A stretch of DNA of 50,144 bases from Euryarchaeota archaeon UBA19 (GTDB lineage Archaea; Thermoplasmatota; Poseidoniia; Poseidoniales; Thalassarchaeaceae): positions 1-50,144 of the forward strand of contig DAPQ01000058.1 in the NCBI GenBank assembly GCA_002502175.1. Direction: 5' to 3'. The translations under genes were made by a program, and so were the position numbers. Below are positions 35,563 to 43,946 of this stretch, piece by piece. The stretch's first letter is position 1, and each line of letters starts with the position of its first letter. Under the pieces are notes generated by a model. That model had not been told where the DNA came from. It did not search any database and was given only the letters and a program-made list of their open reading frames with translations.

Positions 35563-36161
35563 TCTTCTTCTTCCTCCCTTGCTATGTTATTCGAATCTTC
35601 TCTGACATTGTTCCTCATTACCCAAATACAGGCTGCGACTACAAATGATATGATTGCACCAATAAGGAATATGTTTTGTAATTCCATCTCATCATTTGTT
35701 TCGGAAGGTTCTTGTCCACCTCCAGGCAATGTAAAACCACCTACTGGAGGTCCATTTTCTGTATGGTTATCCAATAGTACGGTTACATTGACGATATGCC
35801 ATAGTGACCCATTGTTGAAAATCTGTATCTCCAATATTGTAGGCTTGTAGTACTCAGGGTCAAGCCATACTCGACATTCATCATCAGTAGTAAGCGAATT
35901 CGAAGGTCCTGTTTCACACTCCCATTCTATTGTGCCATTTTTTCCTTCGGTAGAAAATGTAAGGGTTCGATTCCTATCTACTACATTGTAAAAAATCAAG
36001 GTATCATTTTGTTGAACGGAGGCTTCGTCTGGCTGAACTGAATTATTTCTCATTATGAAAGCGAATGTGTTTGCTCCGTGAGCGGATGCAGTTGGAGCCA
36101 TCAATAACACCGCTGCCATTACCAATGCGATTCTGACGCGCATTAGTTCCACCTCATTCAT
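35559..36161 (-). CDS. Exported cupredoxin-like protein with predicted mature N-terminal His and C-terminal TM anchor (paralog of 40028-40633)
   Basis: 200 aa. Signal peptide ...LLMAPTASA|HGANTF. The strand pattern VQPDEASVQQNDTLIFYNVVD is cupredoxin-like. It has a Cys pair (CETGPSNSLTTDDEC), a Gly/Pro linker, a TM segment (FLIGAIISFVVAACIWV) and an acidic tail. Confidence 0.5.
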   Translation of the reverse strand: MNEVELMRVRIALVMAAVLLMAPTASAHGANTFAFIMRNNSVQPDEASVQQNDTLIFYNVVDRNRTLTFSTEGKNGTIEWECETGPSNSLTTDDECRVWLDPEYYKPTILEIQIFNNGSLWHIVNVTVLLDNHTENGPPVGGFTLPGGGQEPSETNDEMELQNIFLIGAIISFVVAACIWVMRNNVREDSNNIAREEEEE

Positions 36162-38115
36162 CAGATGCCTCTACTGACCATAGGGCGGGGTAATCATATC
36201 TTGAATCATAATCTTCGTCAAACTGAACGACGTATACACCACTGACCATTTCCGAGATGAAAACGAATCCTCTTGGATCATATTGTAGACCCCAGTCGAA
36301 TGGAATCATACAAGATGCCCAACAATCAGCCATGTCGTATCCTAGGGTGTTTGTCGGGTCATCTATCCAATCTGGCCCCGCAGGCAAGTAATAACCGAGG
36401 GTATGTGAAGGGGCCAGTTGAGTTATTGCCTGAAATCCTCTATCTGGTTCAGGGTAGCCGTTTTCCCAAACTAGCTCATCCCAAATATGGCCGTGGTCGG
36501 TAATCCAAACACCCGCATGGTAGTGAGTCCAATAGACGTGACCGCTCAATCCAGTATCTCCATTGTGGGGGCTGAATATGTACCCTCCTGGGATGTAGTG
36601 GTGAGGGTGTGTTGACCCATCTGCAAGAGTGCTTTCTCCCGGCAACTTCCACTTGGAAACTAAGAATGGCTTGGTTGGATCAGTTGTGTCGATGGTCCAT
36701 ATGTATCCTGTGTGGTTTGCGTTAGATCCGTATTCTGGAGCGATGTATGTGTAATGCCTCCAATTTTCACTGTAGGTAGCGTCATCTGGTCCAGTTCCAC
36801 AATGTTCAGGCCAGGTCTCTACAGGGTCATACTCACTGATTCCTGAACAAATCAGATTGTCTTGAGGGACTGCGTAGTGGATGTTGTCATTTCCATCATT
36901 TGCGTCCAACCAAACATCAGGGTCCATGTTTGCATGGCCGCCGCCATCAGGTCCGTACCATCCTGCATCATCTGTAGGACAACCAAGCCAGCGACCGGTT
37001 TCTGGTGGCCAGGAAATACCAAGTGGGTCTGCAATTTGAGGAGGTTCAGAGACATCAACAAGTCTCAATCCAGCACCCCAATAGGAGACAGCCAACATCT
37101 TTTGCTTAGTTATCGGGTGAATGAAGAACACGTTATCATGATTGAAAATAGATCCTCCACAAGTTGTCTGTGGTTCAGGGGTATAGCCACCCCAACGGAT
37201 GATTTCTCTGCTTGCATTTTGTTGCTCATTGTTGTTTGTGGGATTTAGTCCTTCGAAATCAATCAGAGCATAGAAAATTTGAGTCCCTTTGTAGAACGTT
37301 CCACTAGATCCCTCAACCATTTCAGGATAAGGGTCTGCACCGAATAGGAATAGGTGGCAATCATCTTGCCATAGGGCCGTTGGATTTGCAGGTTCCCAAT
37401 CGCAATAGACATGCAAGTCTTGGTTGTGGAATCCTGCAGGTGGGTTATCCCATTCCGCGACCTTGATTGGACTTGTCTTATCTCCAACATAAATCAGGTC
37501 AAGCCGGTTTGCCCCGCTATTAGCATCGTCATCATTTGGAATCGGGTCTAGTTCTGAATTGGTTAATTCGTGATTTACCAAAACCCAATTATTGTCCGAG
37601 GTCACTTTGATGTCAATCATTCTGGCTATTTCTGCATAGTAAGTTGATAGTAGTCGAATGTCATTAGGTCGGCTGATATCAAGAATTTCGAATTGGTTGT
37701 AGGAAGATACGTATGCGTAGCATCCGCCTGTGCCATCTCCATAAATTTCGCAATCATCTAAGAAATTCCCTTCAATTGCGATTTCTGAATTATCTCCAGG
37801 AGTTGGTCCTGTATTCTTGAATTCATCAAAACAAGGCCTTCCAGCCACGTTATCCAATTCCGCTGGTGGTTTGACATTTCCATCACAATTCAGATTGTGA
37901 TAATCAATAAGTTGAGCATTTGGTGTTGCAAGCCTGTGTGCAAGCAAATCATTGTGTGAGTGATTACCATCTTCGATTTCGGTTACTGGGTCAATCCATT
38001 CCCAACTATCTGAATCGTCTGCATCCGGTTCGAATACACCAATGCATCCACTCAGAGGTGCTGCAAGCATAAGGAAAGTCATTAGAATCATGGGGGTCAG
38101 AAAACTACGAGTCAT
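36154..38115 (-). CDS. Exported LVIVD-repeat-type beta-propeller lipoprotein, His-rich (paralog 1)
   Basis: 653 aa. Lipobox LAAPLSGC. LVIVD-like blades: FEILDISRPNDIRLL, GLRLVDVSEPP, IWTIDTTDPTKPFLV, VYVVQFDED. Shares motifs with 38222-39997. Confidence 0.6.
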   Translation of the reverse strand: MTRSFLTPMILMTFLMLAAPLSGCIGVFEPDADDSDSWEWIDPVTEIEDGNHSHNDLLAHRLATPNAQLIDYHNLNCDGNVKPPAELDNVAGRPCFDEFKNTGPTPGDNSEIAIEGNFLDDCEIYGDGTGGCYAYVSSYNQFEILDISRPNDIRLLSTYYAEIARMIDIKVTSDNNWVLVNHELTNSELDPIPNDDDANSGANRLDLIYVGDKTSPIKVAEWDNPPAGFHNQDLHVYCDWEPANPTALWQDDCHLFLFGADPYPEMVEGSSGTFYKGTQIFYALIDFEGLNPTNNNEQQNASREIIRWGGYTPEPQTTCGGSIFNHDNVFFIHPITKQKMLAVSYWGAGLRLVDVSEPPQIADPLGISWPPETGRWLGCPTDDAGWYGPDGGGHANMDPDVWLDANDGNDNIHYAVPQDNLICSGISEYDPVETWPEHCGTGPDDATYSENWRHYTYIAPEYGSNANHTGYIWTIDTTDPTKPFLVSKWKLPGESTLADGSTHPHHYIPGGYIFSPHNGDTGLSGHVYWTHYHAGVWITDHGHIWDELVWENGYPEPDRGFQAITQLAPSHTLGYYLPAGPDWIDDPTNTLGYDMADCWASCMIPFDWGLQYDPRGFVFISEMVSGVYVVQFDEDYDSRYDYPALWSVEASDE

Positions 38116-38178
38116 GGTCTCACCATTGGCTATGGCTTTGGCGGTATTCGTTCAGCAATTGAATGCAACGGTCCTAAG

Positions 38179-38202
38179 CGCCCTCTAAGAGAGGGCGTTT
38201 TT
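38179..38202. terminator. GC-rich hairpin CGCCCTCT-aag-AGAGGGCG flanked by T5 (plus strand) / A5 (minus strand), between the two propeller genes
   Basis: 8-bp perfect stem seen directly. It lies 20 nt downstream of the stop of the 38222-39997 gene. On the minus strand the U-tract is missing, so terminator function is uncertain. Confidence 0.3.
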
Positions 38203-38221
38203 GGTAACCATATTCGTCTGA

Positions 38222-39997
38222 TTACGTTTCTAGAGGGATACCATACGGTGCATCAATATCGAGTTGCACGATGTACAATCCAGTTGTAATGCAGGAAAGA
38301 TAGGTGTATCCTTCATGGTATTCTGCAGCCCATAGGAAAGGTGTCCATCCGAAGTCGTAGTATGAACTGTCAAGAGGAACTCCATCTTGACCGTGAGGTA
38401 AGTGATAACCGATGGTAGCTTCCATATGAGCCACGGAACGATTCTTTCCTTCTTCTAGTCCTAAAACCATCAGAGTTTCAATATCTACAACCCACAATCC
38501 TGCGTGGTAACTTGAGAGGTATATTCGTCCATCCCAAGCACCCCCGTGGCTATGGTCTGGCATATTTGGTAGACCCGTTTGGAAGATTTCATGGTCAGCA
38601 TTGTGAGGGCTGAAGAGTAACCATTCTTCTCCAGATGGGATGAAATGATCATCAGCAAAAGGAATCTCATATCCATGAATTAACTTCGGTAAGAAGGTGA
38701 CTTTTCCGTTCAATACTTCGTAATCTGTGGTGTCCAGCAAATACCCCATGCCGGTTCCAATCTCAGTCGAAAGCACCTCGGTCGCTAGGAAGGTCATGTG
38801 CATTTTTCCAGCAGGATAACCTAGGTGACTTGCATCAACCATCTTGTCAATCGGTTCTGCGTAGTGGATGTAGGAGGCGCGACCACCATTTTCATTGCTG
38901 GTGCAACCACAATCCATCTCTCCGTCTCCATCAAGATCGGCAAATTCCATCCAAGCCCCAACTTCAGGTGCTCTCCATGTGCAACCGGCTTGAGTTCCAC
39001 CGGACATACGACATAGCGAACCGTGCCAGAGATATTGTTCTGGACTATTTTGGGGGTGAGGGACATCGCTAACATCGAAGAGCCTCAGGCCAGCTTCCCA
39101 GTACGCTCCATAGACGTAGGTTCGGCCATAGCGCGGGTCGCTCTGGTCCTCACCAGGCCAAGTCTGAACGGTCATATCGTGAATGTAGATCCAACCTCCA
39201 AGGGTAGTTTCCCAACTTACTTCTGCTTCGCCAACCTTGACTATTCTAGGTAAGTCGCCCCAAAGTCCGAAGTTAAGATGGGCGATGGTAATTCCACCAC
39301 AGGCATCTCCCTGGCCAACGTCACATGCTTCATAGTCTGGATTAGCCACGAAAATGTACCACTCTCCATCTATCATGTGAGTGTAGAGATTATGAGGTCC
39401 ACTTGGATGATCAGCATCATACCAAGCATCGACAAAGGTAGGGTCGGTCTTGTCGGTGACATCGACTAAAGTCACGGTAACTTGAGCAGGGTCTCCCCAC
39501 TGGCCAACATTAGGGTCAGCATTACCTGCATCTACCAATTGATTCTGAACAATAATGTATTCTCGACCATTATATTCTAGATATTTCACATCCAGGACTT
39601 GGGTATTTGGATCGATATATACACCTGTTACAGTAGTATTTGCAGGATTTGTAACATCGACAATATGCATTTCGGACCATCCGGCAAGATAGGCATAGGT
39701 TCTGCCATCTGGAGAATCGGCTACTTGCACTTCGGCATTCCCTGGAGCCGTTAATGGGTTGAATGAAACAGGTTGGATATTGTCTGTATAGAAGATGTGT
39801 TGACTCGCGTTTCTGTGATCATGCCCCTCATCATATTGAATCAATGGATCAATCATTGAAGACGGACCATCCGAGGTCAAAGATTCTCCATCTTCGAGCA
39901 TCATTATCGCCGCTCCTCCAATTAGAAGAGTAACCGCTAATCCACCTGCGATAAGCAGCCGCTGGGTGTCCATCATTCGCCCGAAGGTCCGAGTCAT
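38222..39997 (-). CDS. Exported LVIVD-repeat-type beta-propeller protein, His-rich, N-terminal signal anchor (paralog 2)
   Basis: 591 aa. TM segment LLIAGGLAVTLLIGGAAIMML. Blades: MHIVDVTNPANTT, VTLVDVTDKTDPTFV, GLRLFDVSDVPHP, LWVVDIETL, LYIVQLDID. Confidence 0.6.
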   Translation of the reverse strand: MTRTFGRMMDTQRLLIAGGLAVTLLIGGAAIMMLEDGESLTSDGPSSMIDPLIQYDEGHDHRNASQHIFYTDNIQPVSFNPLTAPGNAEVQVADSPDGRTYAYLAGWSEMHIVDVTNPANTTVTGVYIDPNTQVLDVKYLEYNGREYIIVQNQLVDAGNADPNVGQWGDPAQVTVTLVDVTDKTDPTFVDAWYDADHPSGPHNLYTHMIDGEWYIFVANPDYEACDVGQGDACGGITIAHLNFGLWGDLPRIVKVGEAEVSWETTLGGWIYIHDMTVQTWPGEDQSDPRYGRTYVYGAYWEAGLRLFDVSDVPHPQNSPEQYLWHGSLCRMSGGTQAGCTWRAPEVGAWMEFADLDGDGEMDCGCTSNENGGRASYIHYAEPIDKMVDASHLGYPAGKMHMTFLATEVLSTEIGTGMGYLLDTTDYEVLNGKVTFLPKLIHGYEIPFADDHFIPSGEEWLLFSPHNADHEIFQTGLPNMPDHSHGGAWDGRIYLSSYHAGLWVVDIETLMVLGLEEGKNRSVAHMEATIGYHLPHGQDGVPLDSSYYDFGWTPFLWAAEYHEGYTYLSCITTGLYIVQLDIDAPYGIPLET

Positions 39998-40027
39998 GTT
40001 GAAGTCTTTGCCGCAGTACGGAGAGTC

Positions 40028-40633
40028 GTGAAGCGTACTGGCTGGTTGCTTGTAGTGGTGACATTGAGCATTCTAGTAAGCTCATCTGTAACTGCTCATG
40101 ACCAAAAGGAGTACACAGTAATCCTTGGCTCGGAAGGCGCCAGACCTTCATCGATTGATGCTGGCATACTCGTCGAAACCGATTCAATTTTCTTTCGCAA
40201 TCATGATTCTAGAGAAAATGCCACTCACAGAATTCTAATCGATGCTGACTCTGATGGTTCATTCGATTCTATAGATGATATCTACACTGATTGGATGTAT
40301 ACTTCATGCGAATTAAATGAGACCGGCCATAAGGTCGACGAGAGTTGTAACACCTCTGCAACCGTTCTTTTGGCTCCTGAAAATGGCCTACTCCCTGGAA
40401 ACATATCAATGATTCATCAGGTCAAGTATTACGAACAAGTAACAAATACTCCATTTTATGCTGTATTCTCAATTGACGACCATAGTCAACAAAACACACT
40501 CGGCTCACAAGGGCCGCATACCCATACTGAACCACAGGACTCAGAATCTCTATTGAGAGGTATTGTGGTGATTACAGCAGGAGTTTCCATCTTTCTCGTC
40601 TCGCTATTGATTTCTCCTCGAAGCAACGACTGA
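40028..40633 (+). CDS. Exported cupredoxin-like protein with predicted mature N-terminal His and C-terminal TM anchor (paralog of 35559-36161)
   Basis: 201 aa. GTG start preceded by GGAGAG. Signal peptide LLVVVTLSILVSSSVTA|HDQKEY. It has ARPSSIDAGILVETDSIFFRNHDSRENATHRI (cupredoxin-like), a Cys pair (CELNETGHKVDESC) and a C-terminal TM segment (IVVITAGVSIFLVSLLI). Confidence 0.5.
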   Translation: MKRTGWLLVVVTLSILVSSSVTAHDQKEYTVILGSEGARPSSIDAGILVETDSIFFRNHDSRENATHRILIDADSDGSFDSIDDIYTDWMYTSCELNETGHKVDESCNTSATVLLAPENGLLPGNISMIHQVKYYEQVTNTPFYAVFSIDDHSQQNTLGSQGPHTHTEPQDSESLLRGIVVITAGVSIFLVSLLISPRSND

Positions 40634-40688
40634 GGCTTACTTTCTAACGGTCGAACTCAAGAACCCCTGCTTGGTCGGCAGGCTCACG

Positions 40689-40765
40689 GGGCGCTTAGCT
40701 CAGCTTGGAAGAGCACCTGGTTTGCAACCAGGGGGCCGGGGGTTCAAATCCCCCAGCGTCCACCA
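40689..40765 (+). tRNA. tRNA-Ala (anticodon TGC), CCA encoded
   Basis: Acceptor GGGCGCT/AGCGTCC with the G3:U70 Ala identity pair. Anticodon stem CCTGG/CCAGG, loop TTTGCAA, T-arm GGGGG-TTCAAAT-CCCCC, discriminator A, then CCA. Confidence 0.9.
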
Positions 40766-40795
40766 CTTTAGCGGCATTATTGTCGAAAAGTACGA

Positions 40796-41617
40796 TCAAT
40801 CCATTTTTCTCGCTTTCTTAACAAGAGCGACTATTTCCTTTCTGGCTTCATCGCTGTCAATTGCCTGATTCTCAAATGCAATTCTAATTGGCCTAGATCC
40901 GTCGTTAGTCATTGCAGACATTTCAAATCCATATCTATCTATACCGGTCATTGTAGCCTCAGAGGTATCGATGGCTTTACTCATCTTCTGACAAATAATA
41001 ATCATGGCATCCTCGTGATCATCATTCATGTGTTCTATGATGTCGTCAGAATAAGCATTCAAAGGATCCGGTTCAGCCCCACCCCAATCATCACCTTCAA
41101 TCCAAGACATTCTTCCAAAGCCCCCGATATATCGAACAGATGTGACCGACAAACGGAAGAAATGAAAATCACCAAAATCAGCGTAGAACTTTGCGCTTTC
41201 GTGTCTTGATATGAATATCTCTTTCATGCGTGAACGTTCTTCATCAGGCACCTTGGAACAATTCCCAATTAGAGTTACTCTGCCCAAGGCTAATGGGTTA
41301 TCGTCACCTCCTTCAGCTATCAACAGTGAAGACTTAGAATCCCTCATCAGATTTTTTGTATGTTCGGCCAATCCACTGATCAGAAAGATTGGGTCTCCGT
41401 CATCCAATGCATATGTGACAAAAGATCCGTATGGAAAACCACCTTCATCTGCTGAGATAGTGCATAACGTGGCGGTTCCTATTCTTTCAGCCAATGTCCT
41501 AGCCTGTTCAGCATGAGTTGGAGTAGCAACATTAGCGTCATACAACAACTCCTGCCGCTGCGGAGAGCTCCCTTTGGGTAGTTGATGTCTCGGCGTCGAA
41601 TTATTTTTCTCAGACAC
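40796..41617 (-). CDS. HugZ-like protein: PNPOx-like split-barrel domain plus DUF2470 (putative haem utilisation / haem oxygenase-like)
   Basis: 273 aa. The GTG start shares one base with the flavodoxin stop (TAGTG). It has LCTISADEGGFPYGSFVTYALDD.GDPIFLISGLAEHTKNL, LGRVTLIG and a C-terminal IIEHMNDDHEDAM (DUF2470-like). Confidence 0.65.
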   Translation of the reverse strand: MSEKNNSTPRHQLPKGSSPQRQELLYDANVATPTHAEQARTLAERIGTATLCTISADEGGFPYGSFVTYALDDGDPIFLISGLAEHTKNLMRDSKSSLLIAEGGDDNPLALGRVTLIGNCSKVPDEERSRMKEIFISRHESAKFYADFGDFHFFRLSVTSVRYIGGFGRMSWIEGDDWGGAEPDPLNAYSDDIIEHMNDDHEDAMIIICQKMSKAIDTSEATMTGIDRYGFEMSAMTNDGSRPIRIAFENQAIDSDEARKEIVALVKKARKMD

Positions 41618-42093
41618 TATGCTTCCCCCAGAATCATCTGACTGAATTTCTGCAATGTTTCCTCAATCCAATCTTCACATTCAGTAGTATCTTCATAGTC
41701 TACATCACAATCTATGCGTTCGTTAATACGATTACCACCCTTTTCCTCTAACACTCTATCCCATTCTTTTCCTGATTCACAGAAAAATTCGTAACTAGTA
41801 TCTCCCAAGGCTAGAACCGCGAAATTAACGCCATCCATACTATTGTCATCACAATCACATGATGCCTGATACAGGTCTTCTGCATTCATCGGCTGTTCGC
41901 CCTCTCCCCAAGTGCTACAACAAATCAGAAGGAATTCTGAATCCGATAACTCATCTACGGAAATATCATCCATATCCATTACCCTAGACTTCAAATTCAT
42001 TTTTTTGGCTAATATGCCCGCATCATCTGCTAACGCCTCCGCATTACCGGTTTCACTTCCATAAACTATCAATATCTCTTTTTCTTCACTCAT
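41617..42093 (-). CDS. Flavodoxin
   Basis: 158 aa. ILIVYGSETGNAEALA (FMN phosphate loop), STWGEGE and ALGDTSYEFFC. ATGA overlap with the upstream ABC ATPase. Confidence 0.8.
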   Translation of the reverse strand: MSEEKEILIVYGSETGNAEALADDAGILAKKMNLKSRVMDMDDISVDELSDSEFLLICCSTWGEGEQPMNAEDLYQASCDCDDNSMDGVNFAVLALGDTSYEFFCESGKEWDRVLEEKGGNRINERIDCDVDYEDTTECEDWIEETLQKFSQMILGEA

Positions 42094-42905
42094 AATATCA
42101 CTGTCCTATTTGTTTTTTTTTCGTTAATTTCGTCTTTAATAATTATACGAATGTAATTTGGATGCATGTTCACTATTTCTGAAGTCACATTGAAAACTTC
42201 AGCAATATTCTTTGTGGTTAGAACTTCTTGAGGCGTTCCATCTGCAATAATTCTTCCCTCATGTAAAAGGAGTATTCTATCTGAGAACCGAGCAGCTATG
42301 TTGATGTCATGTATTGCAATTAACGCGGACTTAGGAGATTCTGGAACAGAAATTAATTCCTTGATTCGCTTCATTATTTCAATCTGATTCTTCAGGTCTA
42401 GATCACTAGTAGGTTCATCGAAAAGGTATACTGCTGGGTCTTGTGCTACAGCTTTGGCTATTATTACTCGCTGTCTTTCACCGCCTGATAATTGATCAAA
42501 TCTCCTGAATGCGAATTCTTCAAGATTTAGATACCTCAATGTTTTACTGACTTTTTCTCTATCTTCGCCTGCTATCATCCATTGGATGTGTGGTCGGCGA
42601 CCCAGTAATACGACGTCGAATACATCCATCGAGAAGTTACTACGTATCGATTGTGGTACGTATGAGATATGTTTTGAGAGTTCTATTAAATCCACATCCG
42701 AGAGTTCCTCGCCAAATATTGAAATTTCGCCGGAATCGGGTTTTAAAATTCTATTAAGACATTTCAAAAGAGTGGATTTACCGGCGCCATTTATTCCAAT
42801 AATTGATACTAATTCATTTTCTTTAAGATTGAGATTGAGGTCTTTTAGAACGTGATTATTGCCCCAACTAAAATTCAAATTAGTAACGTCAATAATTTCC
42901 TTCAT
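42090..42905 (-). CDS. ABC transporter ATP-binding protein, FecE/FepC/HmuV (iron-chelate/haem/cobalamin) type
   Basis: 271 aa. Walker A GINGAGKST, signature LSGGERQR, Walker B VYLFDEPTSDLD, and H-loop IHD. Confidence 0.9.
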   Translation of the reverse strand: MKEIIDVTNLNFSWGNNHVLKDLNLNLKENELVSIIGINGAGKSTLLKCLNRILKPDSGEISIFGEELSDVDLIELSKHISYVPQSIRSNFSMDVFDVVLLGRRPHIQWMIAGEDREKVSKTLRYLNLEEFAFRRFDQLSGGERQRVIIAKAVAQDPAVYLFDEPTSDLDLKNQIEIMKRIKELISVPESPKSALIAIHDINIAARFSDRILLLHEGRIIADGTPQEVLTTKNIAEVFNVTSEIVNMHPNYIRIIIKDEINEKKTNRTVIL

Positions 42906-43945
42906 TTTTTACCCCCCCTATTTGCTAATAACAAATACATGAAGAAAGGCCCACCAATTATTGAGAGCATTATTCCCACTGGAATTACTATCGGAGCAAA
43001 CAAAGTCCTCCCCAATGTATCTGCAAAAACCATCAAAAAAGCTCCAAAAATCGCTGAACAAGGGATCAGTTTCCTGTAGTCATTACCGATAATTAGACGA
43101 CTCATGTGAGGCGCGGCGAGCCCCACGAATCCAATTAGTCCAGTAAATGCAATTACTACTGATGTCATGAATGCCGAGAGAATCAGCATATTTCTCCTGG
43201 TTTCTGCCGGATTAACTCCGGTCGAAATAGCAAATTCATCGCCCCCAATTGATAATGCATTCAGATCCCATGACCACTTCATTGCTGTTGGCATAAGTCC
43301 CAAGACCGCAATTGATATTGCAAGAACTTGAATCAAATCAGGCCTTGAAAGACTTCCAAAAGACCAATGGGCCAATTGGGATAATTGAGCATCCGTTGCA
43401 AAATATTGCATGGTAGAAACAACCGCTCCTGAAATGAATGTAATAGCTATGCCAACTAAGATGTATGATTCAGCCGAAATCGATCTCAAACTTCCTAATT
43501 GAATAATAATCGCGACTACAATTAATGAGAAAAAGAAAGCATTGGCAACTATTGCAAGATTCGAATAGGGTAGTACCGAAACCCCGAGAACTATAGCAAA
43601 TGCTGCTCCGAGTGCAGCTCCTGATGCAACGCCCAGAGTTAATGGCGAAACGAGAGGGTTTCCGAGACAACCCTGCATCAATGAACCTGCAACAGCCAAA
43701 GCCGCTCCGCCAATTATGGCCATCAATATTCTAGGAAATCTCAATTTCCAAATAATATCCGATTGTAATTCAGTCGCTGCCTCTAATCCCAAGATTATAT
43801 TGATGGTAGACATCATATCCAAATTAGATGATGAACCCTGGCCCATAGCAAAGAGGGATAAAAAGACGGTTATAATTCCGAGAATCAAGACCATAAGAAA
43901 TTGAGTCTTTCCATTCTCAATGTGCTTTTCAGATATAGAGTCCAT
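42902..43945 (-). CDS. FecCD/BtuC-family ABC permease
   Basis: ATG at 43945 (MDSISEKH...) lies 1 nt after the upstream stop. It has RFPRILMAIIGGAALAVAGSLMQ, GIMLSIIGGPFFMYLL and about 9-10 TM segments. The track's upstream extension overlaps the binding-protein gene. Confidence 0.85.
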   Translation of the reverse strand: MDSISEKHIENGKTQFLMVLILGIITVFLSLFAMGQGSSSNLDMMSTINIILGLEAATELQSDIIWKLRFPRILMAIIGGAALAVAGSLMQGCLGNPLVSPLTLGVASGAALGAAFAIVLGVSVLPYSNLAIVANAFFFSLIVVAIIIQLGSLRSISAESYILVGIAITFISGAVVSTMQYFATDAQLSQLAHWSFGSLSRPDLIQVLAISIAVLGLMPTAMKWSWDLNALSIGGDEFAISTGVNPAETRRNMLILSAFMTSVVIAFTGLIGFVGLAAPHMSRLIIGNDYRKLIPCSAIFGAFLMVFADTLGRTLFAPIVIPVGIMLSIIGGPFFMYLLLANRGGKK

Positions 43946-43946
43946 A

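Noticed and set aside
35559-36161. Calling the 200-aa anchor a PCuAC (DUF461) copper chaperone because it precedes SCO1
   Set aside because: The PCuAC H(M)x10Mx21HxM Met/His motif is absent. Only the genomic position and a generic beta-sandwich resemble PCuAC, so I kept it as 'cupredoxin-like, function unknown'.
36154-39997. Nitrous-oxide reductase (NosZ)-like identity for the His-rich propellers
   Set aside because: - There is no C-terminal CuA cupredoxin domain with the CxxxC-H-M motif.
- No nosD/F/Y/L genes are present.
- The repeats are LVIVD-type rather than NosZ blades.
- Only the generic idea of a His-lined propeller survives.
40671-40868. 65-aa ORF on the plus strand
   Set aside because: It is almost entirely the translation of tRNA-Ala (40689-40765) and the 3' end of the opposite-strand HugZ-like gene. 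Not a real CDS.
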